From: Balamuthia mandrillaris
Taxonomy: Eukaryota
NCBI GenBank assembly: GCA_031835245.2
Contig: JAVKOQ020000086.1
Span: 124,001-186,804, forward strand
Length of the DNA stretch: 62,804 nt
Direction of reading: 5' to 3'
In this document: piece after piece, positions 1-12,234 of the stretch
How positions within the stretch are numbered: the stretch's first letter is position 1
How the letters are laid out: each line of letters begins with the position of its first letter
The notes under the pieces: model-generated
Seen by the model: the letters and a program-made list of their open reading frames with translations, nothing else
What the model was told of the DNA's origin: nothing
The model's database searches: none
Made by a program: the position numbers and the translations under genes

Positions 1-306
1 GCAGTGATGGAGGAGGAGGGTGTGCAAGCCACGGGGGAGCAGCTCCAGGAGGCGCTGGTCCAACTGCCTGCAGTACTCCGCGGAGAAGGTGTGGAGGGCT
101 GGGGTTTGTTGGGAGAGGGAGAGGAAGCCCTCGGCCGTGAAGTTGCCACAGTGAGAGAGGACCAGCTTGCGGAGGGTGGAGGGCAGAATGCCCAACACCT
201 TGTTGTTCAGTTTGTGGCAGTACGCGAAGTCTTTTGTTCGTTTGCAATGCGTGTGAGAGAGCAGAAAGAACATAAGAGGAGAGAACAAGGGGGAGGGAGA
301 AGCATT

Positions 307-338
<32 letters not shown>

Positions 339-1119
339 GAGAGAGAGGAGAAAAGAAGGAAGCAGAGAACCAACCCAAGACCTGAATGGAGGAAGAGATG
401 GAGGAGAGGCGGCGCAACAAGGAAGTGGCAGCATTGTTGCTGAGCCTGGCGGGCATGCGGAAGTAATAGAGCTGGGAGAGGGCCAAGGAGCGGAGCTCCC
501 CGTTGCTCAGGCTGATGGCCAAGAGGTCCTTGCTGTCCAGGTAGGAGAATATCACTGCCAGCATCTCCGGTGGAAGTGTCCCCACCCCTTCTTCTTCTTC
601 CTCCTCTTCCTCCTCCACCTCCGCTTCTTCTTCTTCTTCTTTTTGTTCTTGTTCTTCTTGTTGTGCTTCATCGTGGAGAGGTGCCATGGCTTGTTCTTTG
701 TCTTCTGTCCCATGTGGTTCTGCGCCTCCTCCACTTGCTCCTTCTCCTTCTTTTTGGTCTGCTGCTTCTGCCGCTTCTGCTTGGTTTTGTGGTGGTGTTG
801 TTTGTTCTTCCTCTTCTACTCCTTCTACTTCTGCTTCTGCTTGGTCTTGTGGCAGTGGAAGGGGGAGGGCAGCTTGTTCTTTTTGTTGTTGTTGTTGTTC
901 TTTGTGCCGCTTTCTTCTGAGTTTTGTTGCCATCTTTCTTCTTTGTTCCCTTCCGACCTCCCACTCATCCTCCTCTTCATCTTCATCCTCTCCACATTCC
1001 TCCTCCTCCTCCTCCTCCTCCTCCTGCTTCTCCCCTTCCGCTTCCTCCTCCTCCTCCTCTGCTTCCTCCTTCCTCCTCGCCTCTTCTTCTTGGCTTGTTA
1101 TCTCCTCTTTTCTTTCCAT
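1..1119 (-). CDS. F-box/LRR protein, 5' part only (runs off window start); inverted paralog of 10464-12149
   Basis: Reverse complement matches 10464-11555 almost base for base. ATG at 1119 (MERKEEITSQ), acidic N-terminus, F-box (LPPEMLAVIFSYL), GT-AG intron 374..231, then LRRs. Confidence 0.85.
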
Positions 1120-1311
1120 TTTTTATTATTTGTGAATTACTGTCGACAAAACTTTACTCAGATGGCAAAATGTCCCAATTTATCGATATCAACGGAAATT
1201 ATCGATAACCTGGAAAAGTTGTTCACAAAATGGCAAATATTCAATAAATATTAACAATGTCGACAACATTCACGTTCATCGCAGAAGAAGAAGACTGTCG
1301 CATTCTCTGGT

Positions 1312-2966
1312 TCAACAACGCGCGATAGCCAGGCCATCACCACGAGGATCAGAGCCACCCCACATCACCCATCTCCCTTCCCTCTCTTTCTTCGCCAGAA
1401 TAATTTGGCCTCTTCCAAACAACGAACGCTCGTTGCCGCTGATAACAAAGCCTCTTCCCTCCTCTCCCTCTTCTGCTTTCCTTTCTTCCACGCTGTGGCC
1501 TTTTTGCTTTAATCCCTTGATCACTTGTTCCGAGATTCCTTCTTCCAATGCCACTCTGCTTGTCGTTGTTCCTTCTCCTTGTTGACCGATGGAAGTGGTT
1601 GCCAAAATACAACAGCGAGGAGCGTCCAGCGCTTGTTGTGGGTCCATCTTAAAATCGATCATGTTGAGAAGCACTTGAAGATGTCCTTGTGGCTGCATAA
1701 ATGCGCCCATCACGCCGAAACAGCAAAAGAGGTCTTCTTTTTGTTGTCCGTTTGGAGGTATTCTTGTAGCCATTCCTTTTTTTTGTTTTTTTGTTAGTTC
1801 CCATTACAGAATAAAAGAAAAGGCAGAGAAGAGCAATACGAACCGGGAATAATGGTATGATAGGGCCGTTTGCGAGGAGCTAAGGCATTGGGATGGCCTT
1901 CCAACATGCTGAAATTGTGCCCTCTGTTATGTAACGTAAATCCACATCCTTTTATATTGTTGAAACGATATATGTGAGAAAACTCAAGCAAGAAGAAAGA
2001 AGAGCACTGACAAACCTTTAGGAATGATGCCAGTCCCAAAGCCCATGTAGTTAGAGTTGATGAAACTGCAAGCATTTCCTTGCTCATCCACAACCGCCAA
2101 GTAAACAGTGCAAGAGCTGTTCTCAGGGTGTCCTCTTTGTATTTCTGTAGATGCTTTCTCTGAGCTAAAGTACCGTTCGACTCTTTCTTTGGCATATTCT
2201 TCGGATAATAATATTTGCAATACTTGTTCGTAGGATGCATCATCTTCGTTATTGTTCGAAGAAGAGTAAAATGTCGGATCGCAGATAAAATGATTTCCAT
2301 CCGCAAATGCCAAACGAAGGCTCTCGATCACACGATGCAACTGCTCCACCGAGTTGTGTTCCACCTCTTCCTCTGTTGCTTTCTTCTCCTTCTCTTTGAT
2401 CGCTTTCCACAAATTCAGAGCCATCAACGCTACAATACCCTGTCCATTTGGGGGCAATTCCCACACTCTCACTCCTTCATACTCCACTGAAACTGGTTTC
2501 ACCAACTGTTGTTCTTCCGATGTAAGGAGATGATCCTTCAAGTCTTGCAATGTCATCGTCGATGTATCGTCATTCTCTTGAAGAGCAGCAACGATTGCTT
2601 CTGCAATTCTTCCCTCGTAGAAGGCTTTCTTTCCATGTTTCGCCAACTCGCGAAACGTTCTCGCCAGTTCTGGCATTCTCATGAGCTCTCCTGCTCTTGG
2701 AGCCCTCAAACTCACGTTCGCTTTGGTTTTGTCTCCGCTGCTCTTATCGTCACCATCATTATCTTGAACGAGCATTTCAGCAGCGTTTGGACCGCCGTTG
2801 AGTAGCTGTGTAAGACCGGATGACCATAGATGAGCGGTGATAGGCGCGACGGGGTAGCCTTCCTCTGCCAGTTGGATGGCTGGCTGAAGGATGTCCCCCA
2901 GGGCGAGCCTACCGCTCCCAAAGTGGGCCACTGTATCCACCCATCCTTTTCGAGAGAGAGAGAGAG

Positions 2967-3006
<40 letters not shown>

Positions 3007-3619
3007 AGACTTTGTGAATAAGATGAAAGAAAGCACAAGCAAACCAGCAGCAGCTCCAGGAACAGTGACGGTGTGGACGGAGTATGGCGGCAGCTGCGTT
3101 TGGTCCTTTGACTTGAGAACCCCCAACTCTCGCAACAAAGGAATGGAGAGAGCGGCAGGAGCACGACCACTGCCGTTCAGCCCTCGAACAGTACCAGACC
3201 CTGCGTCGTAGTACAGGCAGAAGCAGTCTCCTCCTATTCCCGTGCTCGTTGGCTCTGTCACCTTTGGTTGGGATGTTAACAAACGCAACAATGAGAAGAG
3301 AGAAGCGAGAAGGACAGAAGAGAGAAGTAGAGAAGAGGAGAACGAGAAGAGAGAAGAGAACGAGAGAAGAGGGAAGCAACGAGAAGAATACATTGAGAGC
3401 AGCAGCAGTGGCGATAGCAGCATCAGCAGCGTTGCCCCCCAGTTCAAGTATTTTGAGGCCAGCTGGTACGTATGGAAACAAAAGTCAGGCCTGAAAGAAA
3501 GAAAGAAACAAAGTTCGCAATGTTGAAAACAAACCAGCAGCAGCCAAGGGCTGGGTGCACGCCACAATGCCCTTGGTGCCCAACACAGGCGACCGTCGTG
3601 ACCTCCAGCTGCCCTCCAT
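1312..3619 (-). CDS. Gamma-glutamyltranspeptidase family (Ntn hydrolase), about 6 exons
   Basis: Motifs [55 protein letters not shown], nucleophile Thr in [57 protein letters not shown]. Segments are separated by pyrimidine-rich GT-AG introns. Confidence 0.93.
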
Positions 3620-3654
3620 TCTCTGGTGTCTGTTCAAGGTGGAGGTTGATATAA

Positions 3655-3775
3655 CCACGTCGACACGGATATGTCGCCTTAATTCCGTCGACAAATAATC
3701 ACAGATATGTCTATGCTTACCACGTCGACAGTAAATTTTTGATGTCGACATTTAGACTTATTTGTCGACGAAATT
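3655..3775. promoter_or_regulatory. Bidirectional GGT/CHFR promoter region with five GTCGAC copies and an 18-bp inverted repeat
   Basis: GTCGAC at 3659, 3687, 3724, 3744 and 3764. Arms 3681-3698 and 3758-3775 are 17/18 complementary. Lies in the 200 bp between divergent ATGs (3619 and 3819). Confidence 0.55.
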
Positions 3776-3818
3776 TTTCTGCTAAAAAACAACATAACAA
3801 AAATAAAAAAAGAAAGAG

Positions 3819-6800
3819 ATGTCGAATGCGGTGTTGGACACTACGGCGGATAAGGAGGAAGGGGAAGAACGAGACGAGCGCGGACACGAATCTCTGCAAC
3901 GACAACAACAAGGACGACTGTGGGGCCGTCTCGTGGCCATCAACAAGAGCTTTGAAAATGTGGACCTGGAGGAGGACCTGTGGATGGGACGCCACAAGAG
4001 CTGCCACCCGTTGTGTCGCTTTGAGGAGGACCGCAAGATCAGCGCCAAGCATTGCCATTTGTTTCGCGAGGAGGAGGAGGGGACGAACGGCCGAAGGGGT
4101 GTGTGGCTGGAAGACCTTAGGTTTGTATTCTCCACTTCACTTGACTTCTCTCCTATCTCCTCTCTCTCTCTCTCCTCAGTCTCCTAATCTTGGAAAAAAA
4201 AAAACAAACAGTTCAAATGGCACCTACGTGAATGGCAAAAAGATCGGCAAAGGCAATCGAGTGGTGTTACGACACGGTGATGAGATCTCTCTCGTTTACC
4301 CGGCCTTCAACACTATGCCCAAGTCATCTCGTTCGTCTCTTCTTCTTGTTGTTGTTGTTGTTCTTCGTCTTGTTCTTCTTCTTGTTCTTCTTCTTCTTCT
4401 TCTTCTTCTTCTTCTTCTTGTTCTTCTTCTTCTTCTTCTTGTTCTTCTTCTTCTTCTTCTTCTTCTTCTTCTTCTTGTTCTTCTTCTTCTTCTTCTTGTT
4501 CTTCTTCTTCTTCTTCTTCTTCTTCTTCTTCTTCTTCTTCTTCTTCTTCTTCTTCTTCGCTCTTCTTCTTCTTACTTTCTGAACTCAACAAACAAAAAAA
4601 TATAATATGATGTGTAGAGTATGCTGCATACGTTTTTCAAGACTTGACACGATCGGAAGAAACCACAAAGGAAGAGGAAGAAGAAAACATTGCAACTCAA
4701 CCTTTGGACGAGGAAGAGGGAGAAGAAGGAGCAAAAGCGAACGAAGAGCCTCAGCAACAACAAGCCGAAGAAAAAACGCTGGTGGCCCCAGATGAAGTGG
4801 ATGACGAAGCCAAAACAAAGGAGCCGATGCAAGCAACAGCTACAACCGAAGAGCCCGATGGCAACTCTCCAAACAAGAGAAAGGTTCGTTGTGTTTGCGT
4901 TTATTTCATTCACTTGCTTACTGGTTGTGTTATTCTTAAATAGAGAGAGGGTGTAGAAGATCCAATAACTATCAATTCTACTTCATCTTCATCGACAACT
5001 TCCTCTTCTTCTACTAGTTCTTCCTCTTCTGCTGTTGACGACGAGGCTGAGCGCGACAGAAAGAAAATGAAGGTTTGTTTGATGTGATCACTGTTGACGT
5101 TGCGGTGAAGAAAACTGAAGACATTTCTTGTTTCTGTGGCAGAAAATGGAAGCAATTTATGAGTCCGAGTTGGTTTGCGTATGCTGCCATGAATTGCTGC
5201 ATAAGTGTGTAACGCTCATTCCTTGTCTACACAACGTCTGTGCCTATTGCTATGGAGAATGGAGGGCACGTTCTCCTGTTTGGTACTTTTTGTTCTTTGC
5301 TACTACTATATCTTTCTTGTTGTTGTTCATGTTCTTGTTATCGTTCTTCATCTTCTTCTTTCTTTCTTCTTGTAATTTCCTATTTGTTTGTTGCTGATGC
5401 ATCACTCATTGCTCAAACTTCAGTCCGCAATGCAGAGGAAAGGTTAAAGGATTGAGTCGAAATCATGCTATTTGTAATCTTATAGGTACACTATTACCAC
5501 TTCTTTGGTTCGTCAACACCTTTGGGGTTTTAAAAAGGCTCTCTCTCTTTCTGCAACAAAAGAATCATACTTGGAAGCCAATCCAGACAAGAAGAGAGAT
5601 GAAGAGGAGTTGAAAGACATGGACGCAAACAGCAAAATTACAGACGAAATGGTAGCATTCCTTTTATAGTTGTGTCTTGCTTTTTCTTTAATTTCTTGTT
5701 TGATATGCTTCTTCCAATTTCTTTCTCGTAGTTTCTCTCTTTCTTTCTTCATTTCGTTATTTCTTTCTGGGTTATGGAACCGTACTAACTTGTGTATTAC
5801 AGTTACGCAACAAAATTTCTTACAGAGATGATGACGAAGATGAAGAAGATGACGAAGAAGAAGAAGAAGAAGAGGAAGATGATGACGGTGGAGACAGGTA
5901 CATAGCACCGGCTCCGGTCGTGAGGTGGGGTTTTCCCAGCATGCCTCTCCCTTCTTTTGGCATGTCTTTCTTCCCTCGTCCCGCTGTGTGCAGTGAGTGC
6001 ACCACTGCAAGTACGGCTTTATTTTAAGCATCCTGTCGCTTATCATTATAACTCTGTTCTCTACTCCGTTGCTTGTCCTTCTTATCTCTTGACCCCTTCT
6101 TTCTGTTTGTCTGCTTCTTTCCACATATTCTCTGCGCCTCTTCGCTTATATGGCCAGAATCTAACTCATATTTCAACAATAACAGGAATTGGCGATGGTT
6201 TCAAGTGTCCAACAGGTGGCGCCCATCATACTTGTACAAGCTGTCTTCGGGTGCCTATATCTGCTTTCTTAGTTATTTTTTGCATTATTATTAATGTATC
6301 TTTGTTGTACCAGTCCTTTCCTAACCGTACGGATGTACCTGTGACTGTTCAATGTACTTCCCGTTCTTATTCCTTTTTTCTAGTTTTCTTCTCTTCTTCT
6401 CGCTTCTCTGCTTCTCTACTCTGTTGTTCACATGTTCATTGTTGTCAAAAAAAAAAAGGTGAACTTTGCCATCGTTATTACTGTGACAACTATTGGGGTT
6501 GTACCGCTGGCGCAGGCAGCTCGTTGAAACCTCTTTCTGAACACACATTCACTTCTCTACCTTCCAACTGTCTAAAGTTTGTTCTCTCACTCTTCCCATT
6601 CTTCTTCTTCTTCTTCTTCTTCTTCTTTTCTTATTCCTTTTTTCTTCTGTGGTTCCAATACTCGATTTTTTTTTCAAGCCACAATCAAGCAGAGCAAGAC
6701 ATTCTTCTCAAGTATCTCAGTAACCAGGGAAAGGGCGTATCTGACCTTTGGGCGGACTGTCTTAATTCTCTGGACTCTGGAGACATGATATTCAGTTTCG

Positions 6801-7203
6801 TTCTTTTCTCTTTTATTTTTTAAACTTTTTAACTCCGATAAACACCAACAAATGCTGGCCAAAACAAAAATAGGCGATGTGCTAACCCGGATAAATGTGC
6901 AGTCGACCAACAACAGCTGCGAGAGCTGCGCCCAACACGTCTTCAAGTCCCTCGTCTATCCTTATCGCAGCAGCATCGACGCGGAAGATCTCCCCGAGGA
7001 GGCCAAAGGCCGGCCCGACTGTCACTGGGGACAAAACTGCCGGACCCAACGTAACGTTTCGAGTCTTCCTTTTCTTCCTTTTTTCCCTCTCTTCCCGTTT
7101 CTCATTTTTTTTTTCCTTTTGGTTACGATGCCACCGAACAGAACATAATATCTCCCATGCCAAACGTTACAATCACATCTGCGAACAAACGCGATTCGCA
7201 TAG
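3819..7203 (+). CDS. CHFR: CHFR-like E3 ubiquitin ligase (FHA-RING-Cys-rich-PBZ), multi-exon
   Basis: FHA (WGRL..MGR..ISAKHC..SNGTYVNG), RING (CVCCHELL..PCLHNVCAYC..CPQCR), Cys-rich region, and C-terminal PBZ (RPDCHWGQNCRTQ..HAKRYNHICEQTRF). Confidence 0.92.
4339..4574. repeat. (CTT)n microsatellite with GTT interruptions, in a CHFR intron
   Basis: Directly visible tandem trinucleotide repeat. Confidence 0.95.
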
Positions 7204-8062
7204 TTTGGATGCTCTAACCTTTGCTTTTTTCGTTGCGTTGTTTTTTTTTTTTTCTTATGTTTCCGGTTGCTGCCCTTCCCCCCCGCGGCCGTTTTGGCCA
7301 TAAAAGCGACGCCTTCCTGGTCCACCCCAAGGAGATCACTGCCCTACCTTGGGCAAATACACAGATCGTTTCTGCAAATGGGAAATTTCTCATCAATTTG
7401 ATTGCCTTTTTATAGAAAACATATCTCGTCAAACTTCAATTTTCCTAATACATCCTTGTATGGCTAATATGGATCTCCGATACGAACCATATCGGGCGTA
7501 AGCCGATAGAAAATGCCGATGAAATTTGCTGTTTATGGAAGGCAAGAGCATAGGTGGAACGTTGTTTAAAACCCAGCCAGCGTAGCAAGCGCGCAATCCA
7601 ACGGGCCGATGAGAAATTTGAGGATTTCCTTCGTTTCTTTTTGGTGGAGCAAAAAAAAAAAGGCGAGAAGGAGAGAGAGAGAAAAGCGAATATTATTATT
7701 GTTTTTTTTTTGGGAAGCGCGTTCGGAGAGGAGAAAGAACGGTCCAACCAAGGGGGATTGGTGGGGGGTCACGACGCTTTAAATACAAAAAAACGAGAAA
7801 GAAAGAGCTCGGGGCTTGTGTGACCTTAAAGGTTGGTATTATTATCGTCCGTCAGGACCATCTTTTTTTTTTAAAAAAAAAAGAGTTTTCATGTGTGTGG
7901 TGTTTCCATCTCTGTTTTGATATCCAGAGGAGAAGGAGGAGGAGGAGAAGAAGAAGAAGAAAAAAAAAGATAGCCGGAAGATAACATATTTTTGTTTGCT
8001 GAAGGAAAAAAAAAACAAAAGGAAACATCCTCCCCCTCTGGAGTGGAACAAACAAAACGACG

Positions 8063-8859
8063 GTGGAGCCACCACACCAGCATCGGCGTGACGAAGAGGA
8101 GGAAGCACAAGAAGAAGCTCACATAGCAGAGGAAAGCGGCTCGTTGCCAACAGAAGAAGCACAACACCATCGAAGCAGCAGAGAGGACGACATGCAGTAT
8201 GAAGGAAGAGCGGCCTCTCGGGAACCGGTCAGCATGTCGCGCCACCACCAACACCATCTTCACCATTTGACCGGAGAGGAGGAAAGCGAGGGATTCCTTT
8301 CTGCTTCTTCTTCATCCGTCGCTTCGTCTGCTGCAGCTGGTTCTTCCCTGGGCGCTGGCACGGGACTTGCTGATATGGAGGGGCTGATGTCAAGCTTCAA
8401 GTTGATGGCTAATACGCCCACTGAATTGGAAACCCGTTGGCAAGAGGTCTCCTTTCTTTGCTTTCGTTTCGTTCTTCCTTCTTGATGTTTCTATCTGCTT
8501 TCGACTTTCTTTTCTCTCTTTATCTTTAACCTTCTTTTCTTTTTTTTTTATAAAAAGGTTTTGTTGCTTTCGTTGAGACTGACGGAAACTTCACGACAAG
8601 CGATGGTGAGGGAGCTCTCTACCACTGAACATAGACAAGCTTTGGCGGATGCAAACTTGCTTCACTCTCTGTTGACTGCACGTGCTGGAATCCTTGTCTG
8701 CTATCACTGTGGTTCGCATTCTTGGTCTTCTACTTGTTTGTTTTAGCCTTTTCTTATGCGTATTTGCTTACATAACTATTCCCTTTGGGTGTATTTTTAA
8801 ATAGGTACAACTGCCACTCCACAATGGCGGACTGGACCTACTGGCCCTAATCAGTACCT

Positions 8860-8899
<40 letters not shown>

Positions 8900-9795
8900 T
8901 CTCCTCTTTGTATCCAATGATTCACACAACAAATAGATTGTGCAATGCATGTGGCTTGCGCTATGCCAAGGAGCTGAAAGCACAGGGAAAATCTCTGCCA
9001 AAAGTGGAAGGCACAGAGGCAGGTCTTTTTGGTGGTCGCCGAAAGAGTTCTTCCAAACGAGAACGAACCGAGTTTCAATGGACCCGAACTCCACTAAGAG
9101 ATATTCCAGTCTCTCACAGCGCTCATGAAGAGCCGGAAGAAACATGGACAGATGCGGACAGTCGACATGAGCAACTTCACTGTCGTCCCATTTTTGAGCA
9201 AGAGCGACATATGGATGCTTCAGTTTCTTCTCCATCTGCTTATCATGGCACAGAGTTAATGCATCACGACTTGCCTACTGCGAACAAGAATGACATTAAC
9301 AACAGTAATGTCAACAAAGGAACGAGAAATAGAGCCATCAGAGGAAAGAAACGAACTGCGTTTACTTATTCCTTCCCTATAGATTTTGAAAGAGAAATGC
9401 AGAAAGAGAGGGAGAAGAAGGAAGGAGAAGAAGATGAAATGGCAGTCGCCAACGAAGAAGAGACCGAAGATGATGAACCTTCATTGGAAGTAAAGACTAC
9501 AAAGAAACAGTCTCACAGAAACAAGAAGAAGGCCGATAAGAAGCAGGCTAAGCACAAAAAGCAAGACAAGAGAACATCATCACCGGAGAAATCTCCCTCA
9601 CCGGAGCAACCCCATTTCTTCACTTCCAGCTCATTTCAACCCATTCATAATTCGTCTTCAGAGGCACAAGAACACAACAAAGATGACGAAGGCGACGAGT
9701 TAGTCATCAAAGAGGACAAGAATGATAGGCAAACGTCACCATCCACACCAAGTGGATCTCCAACTAAGTTGAACCTCTCGTTCGTTCTCAACTGA
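8063..9795 (+). CDS. GATA zinc-finger transcription factor (true start uncertain)
   Basis: The finger is split over exons: LVCYHCG | TTATPQWRTGPTGPN | LCNACGLRYAK. Acidic/basic low-complexity tail ending LNLSFVLN*. Confidence 0.85.
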
Positions 9796-10463
9796 GAATG
9801 CAAGAGCGAGAGGAGAGTTTTGTTTTGGCACCTTTTTTTTTTCAACAGTTTTGCTTTTTTTGTTTTGTTTGGAGAGAGAATTTGGTTTTGAGAAGTTGCT
9901 GCTTTATTAACTTTTCTCTTCTCCCTTTTTTTTTTCTCAGTTTTTTTGTTTTTGTTATTTCTGTTTTTTGTTCACACAACTTGCACATTCATTTTTTTGT
10001 TTTATTTTAAAGTTTTTGTTTTGTTGTTAAGTCAACGACAACTTATTTAAAAGTAAAGTATCACAATTTTGAAGTTTCACAGCGCATCCATTGTTTCTCT
10101 CTCTTGTCCTCCCCATCCTTCCATTACTTCTTGTCATACCGATTCCTTTCGTTCACCTCTATATCCTTTTTTTTTTTTGGGAATGCGCGGACACATCACG
10201 ATGACCAGCACAGGCACTGTCCCCGTTGGCCAAGCTTGCTTCTCCTCATTTTTCCTACCCTCCTTGTACTGGGCGCACCGCCGAACAAGAGGACAAAAGG
10301 ACGAAAGAGAGCAAGCGCTATGGCAGATAATAGCGTCTGCGATTATCGGTACATTTTTCTAGTTTCATGATATTTGTCGACATATTATCGATGTTTCGAG
10401 ATAATTGAAAGTATTGCAACAATTGTGGAAAGGTGAAAAATATATTTGCAACTATCAGAAAAG

Positions 10464-12149
10464 ATGGATAGAGAAGAAGAAGAGGAGAGGAAGGAGGAAG
10501 CAGAGGAGGAGGAGGAGGAGGAAGTGGGAGAAGAGAAGGAGGAAGATGAAGATGAAGAGGAGGATGAAGATGAAGAGGAGGATGAGTGGGAGGTCGGAAG
10601 ACAACAAAGAAGAAAGATGGCAGCAAAACTCAGAAGAAAGCGGCACAAAGAACAACAACAAAAAGAACAAGCTGCCCTCCCCCTTCCCTCATCACCACCA
10701 CCACACAACCAAGCAGCAGCAGAAGAAGTAGAAGAGGAAGAACAAACAACACCACCACAAAACCAAGCAGAAGCGGCAGAAGCAGCAGACCAAAAAGAAG
10801 GAGAAGGAGGAGAAGAGAAAACCAAAGCAGCAGAACCACATGGGACAGAAGACAAAGAACAAGCCATGGCACCTCTCCACGATGAAGCACAACAAGAAGA
10901 AGAAGAAGCAGAAGAAGCGGAGGCGGAGGAGGAAGAGGAGGAAGAAGAAGAAGAAGGGGTGGGGACACTTCCACCGGAGATGCTGGCAGTGATATTCTCC
11001 TACCTGGACAGCAAGGACCTCTTGGCCATCAGCCTGAGCAACGGAGAGCTCCGCTCCTTGGCCCTCTCCCAGCTCTATTACTTCCGCATGCCCGCCAGGC
11101 TCAGCAACAATGCTGCCACTTCCTTGTTGCGCCGCCTCTCCTCCGTCTCCTCCTCCATTCAGGTCTTGGGTTGGTTCTCTGCTTCCTTCTTTTCTCCTCT
11201 CTCTCCTCTCTCCTCTCCTCTCTGCTCTCTCAATGCTTCTCCCTCCCCCTCTCCTCTCATGTTCTCTCCTCTCTCTCACATGAGTTTAAACTCACGCATT
11301 GTAAACACAACTAAAACAACAAAAGACTTCACGTACTGCCACAAACTGAACAACAAGGTGTTGGGCATTCTGCCCTCCACCCTCCGCAAGCTGGTCCTCT
11401 CTCACTGCGGCAACTTCACGGCCGAGGGCTTCCTCTCCCTCTCCCAACAAACCCCAGCCCTCCACACCTTCTCCGCGGAGTACTGCAGGCAGTTGGACCA
11501 GCGCCTCCTGGAGCTGCTTCCCCGTGGCTTGCACACCCTCCTCCTCCATCACTGCCATCCCGACTTGTTGCAACGCTTTGGCGAAGTGGTGCACGCTCTT
11601 CCTCCCCATTTGCACGTCTTCTCTCTGGGCGGTGGGTTTAGCAAGCTATCGATGGCAAGGAGGAAGCAGCAAGAATGTGATGCTAAAGATTGTTCAGACA
11701 ATGAAGAAGAAAGAGTGCCAACGGTGAATCGGCTGTGTAAGAGCTTGCCAAGGACGTTGAGAAGCTTTTGCTTATTGGAGTGTGGCGTTGCGAACAGCAT
11801 TATGTGCAATGAAAAGGTAGAAGCGAGCTTCTCCGATCTTCCTTCCTCTCTTCGGCGCTTGTACTTGCTGCACACAATCTTTCCGCGCTGCAAGGCGAGC
11901 ATCGCAGAGCTGTTGAAGAGAGGTCTTCCTACCTCCGTGCAAGAGGTGTTCATTCTGCCGATGCGTCTGCATCCCAACCGTTACAGATGCGTGCCATCTA
12001 CATCGGATACAGACCGAGAATTGGGCGAGTGGATGAGCCTTGTGGAAGGGTTGAATGACTATTTTCGAAGAGGAGGATGCGCCACTCGCGTCATATGCCT
12101 GGACAATTGGTATTCTCATTGGGAACAGCTTACTCCGGATGCTTTGTAA
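10464..12149 (+). CDS. F-box/leucine-rich repeat protein
   Basis: Acidic N-terminus and F-box LPPEMLAVIFSYLDSKDL. Removing the 156-nt intron 11170-11325 restores IQVLDFTYC. Repeated LPxxLxxLxL units follow. Confidence 0.9.
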   Translation: MDREEEEERKEEAEEEEEEEVGEEKEEDEDEEEDEDEEEDEWEVGRQQRRKMAAKLRRKRHKEQQQKEQAALPLPSSPPPHNQAAAEEVEEEEQTTPPQNQAEAAEAADQKEGEGGEEKTKAAEPHGTEDKEQAMAPLHDEAQQEEEEAEEAEAEEEEEEEEEEGVGTLPPEMLAVIFSYLDSKDLLAISLSNGELRSLALSQLYYFRMPARLSNNAATSLLRRLSSVSSSIQVLGWFSASFFSPLSPLSSPLCSLNASPSPSPLMFSPLSHMSLNSRIVNTTKTTKDFTYCHKLNNKVLGILPSTLRKLVLSHCGNFTAEGFLSLSQQTPALHTFSAEYCRQLDQRLLELLPRGLHTLLLHHCHPDLLQRFGEVVHALPPHLHVFSLGGGFSKLSMARRKQQECDAKDCSDNEEERVPTVNRLCKSLPRTLRSFCLLECGVANSIMCNEKVEASFSDLPSSLRRLYLLHTIFPRCKASIAELLKRGLPTSVQEVFILPMRLHPNRYRCVPSTSDTDRELGEWMSLVEGLNDYFRRGGCATRVICLDNWYSHWEQLTPDAL

Positions 12150-12234
12150 CTCCTCTCTTTCCTTCTCTTTCAAGTTTATCCATCCTCTTCTTTTGTTCAT
12201 TTACAAAAAGAACCAAGTCGTTCTTCCATTTTAT

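Noticed and set aside
4..1254. 416-aa plus-strand ORF and many similar poly-Phe/Leu/Lys/Glu ORFs in the track
   Set aside because: Antisense or microsatellite-derived frames. The real gene here is the minus-strand F-box/LRR.
3655..3775. Regularly spaced GTCGAC repeats as a CRISPR-like array
   Set aside because: Repeats are only 6-11 bp with ~14-bp gaps, there are no cas genes, and the context is a eukaryotic promoter.
7204..8060. Possible ncRNA or small gene between CHFR and the GATA gene
   Set aside because: Only short stems and no tRNA, snRNA or rRNA signature. More likely promoter, 5' UTR or intron of the GATA gene.
10180..10350. GC-richer intergenic patch with inverted GATAAT/ATTATC
   Set aside because: No recognisable coding similarity, and a 6-bp dyad is too short to support a call.
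11170..11325. Hydrophobic or Ser-rich in-frame inserts in several long ORFs (also 19731-19809 and 32486-32557)
   Set aside because: These are stop-free 3n GT-AG introns. Removing them restores conserved motifs, so they are not inteins or TM domains.
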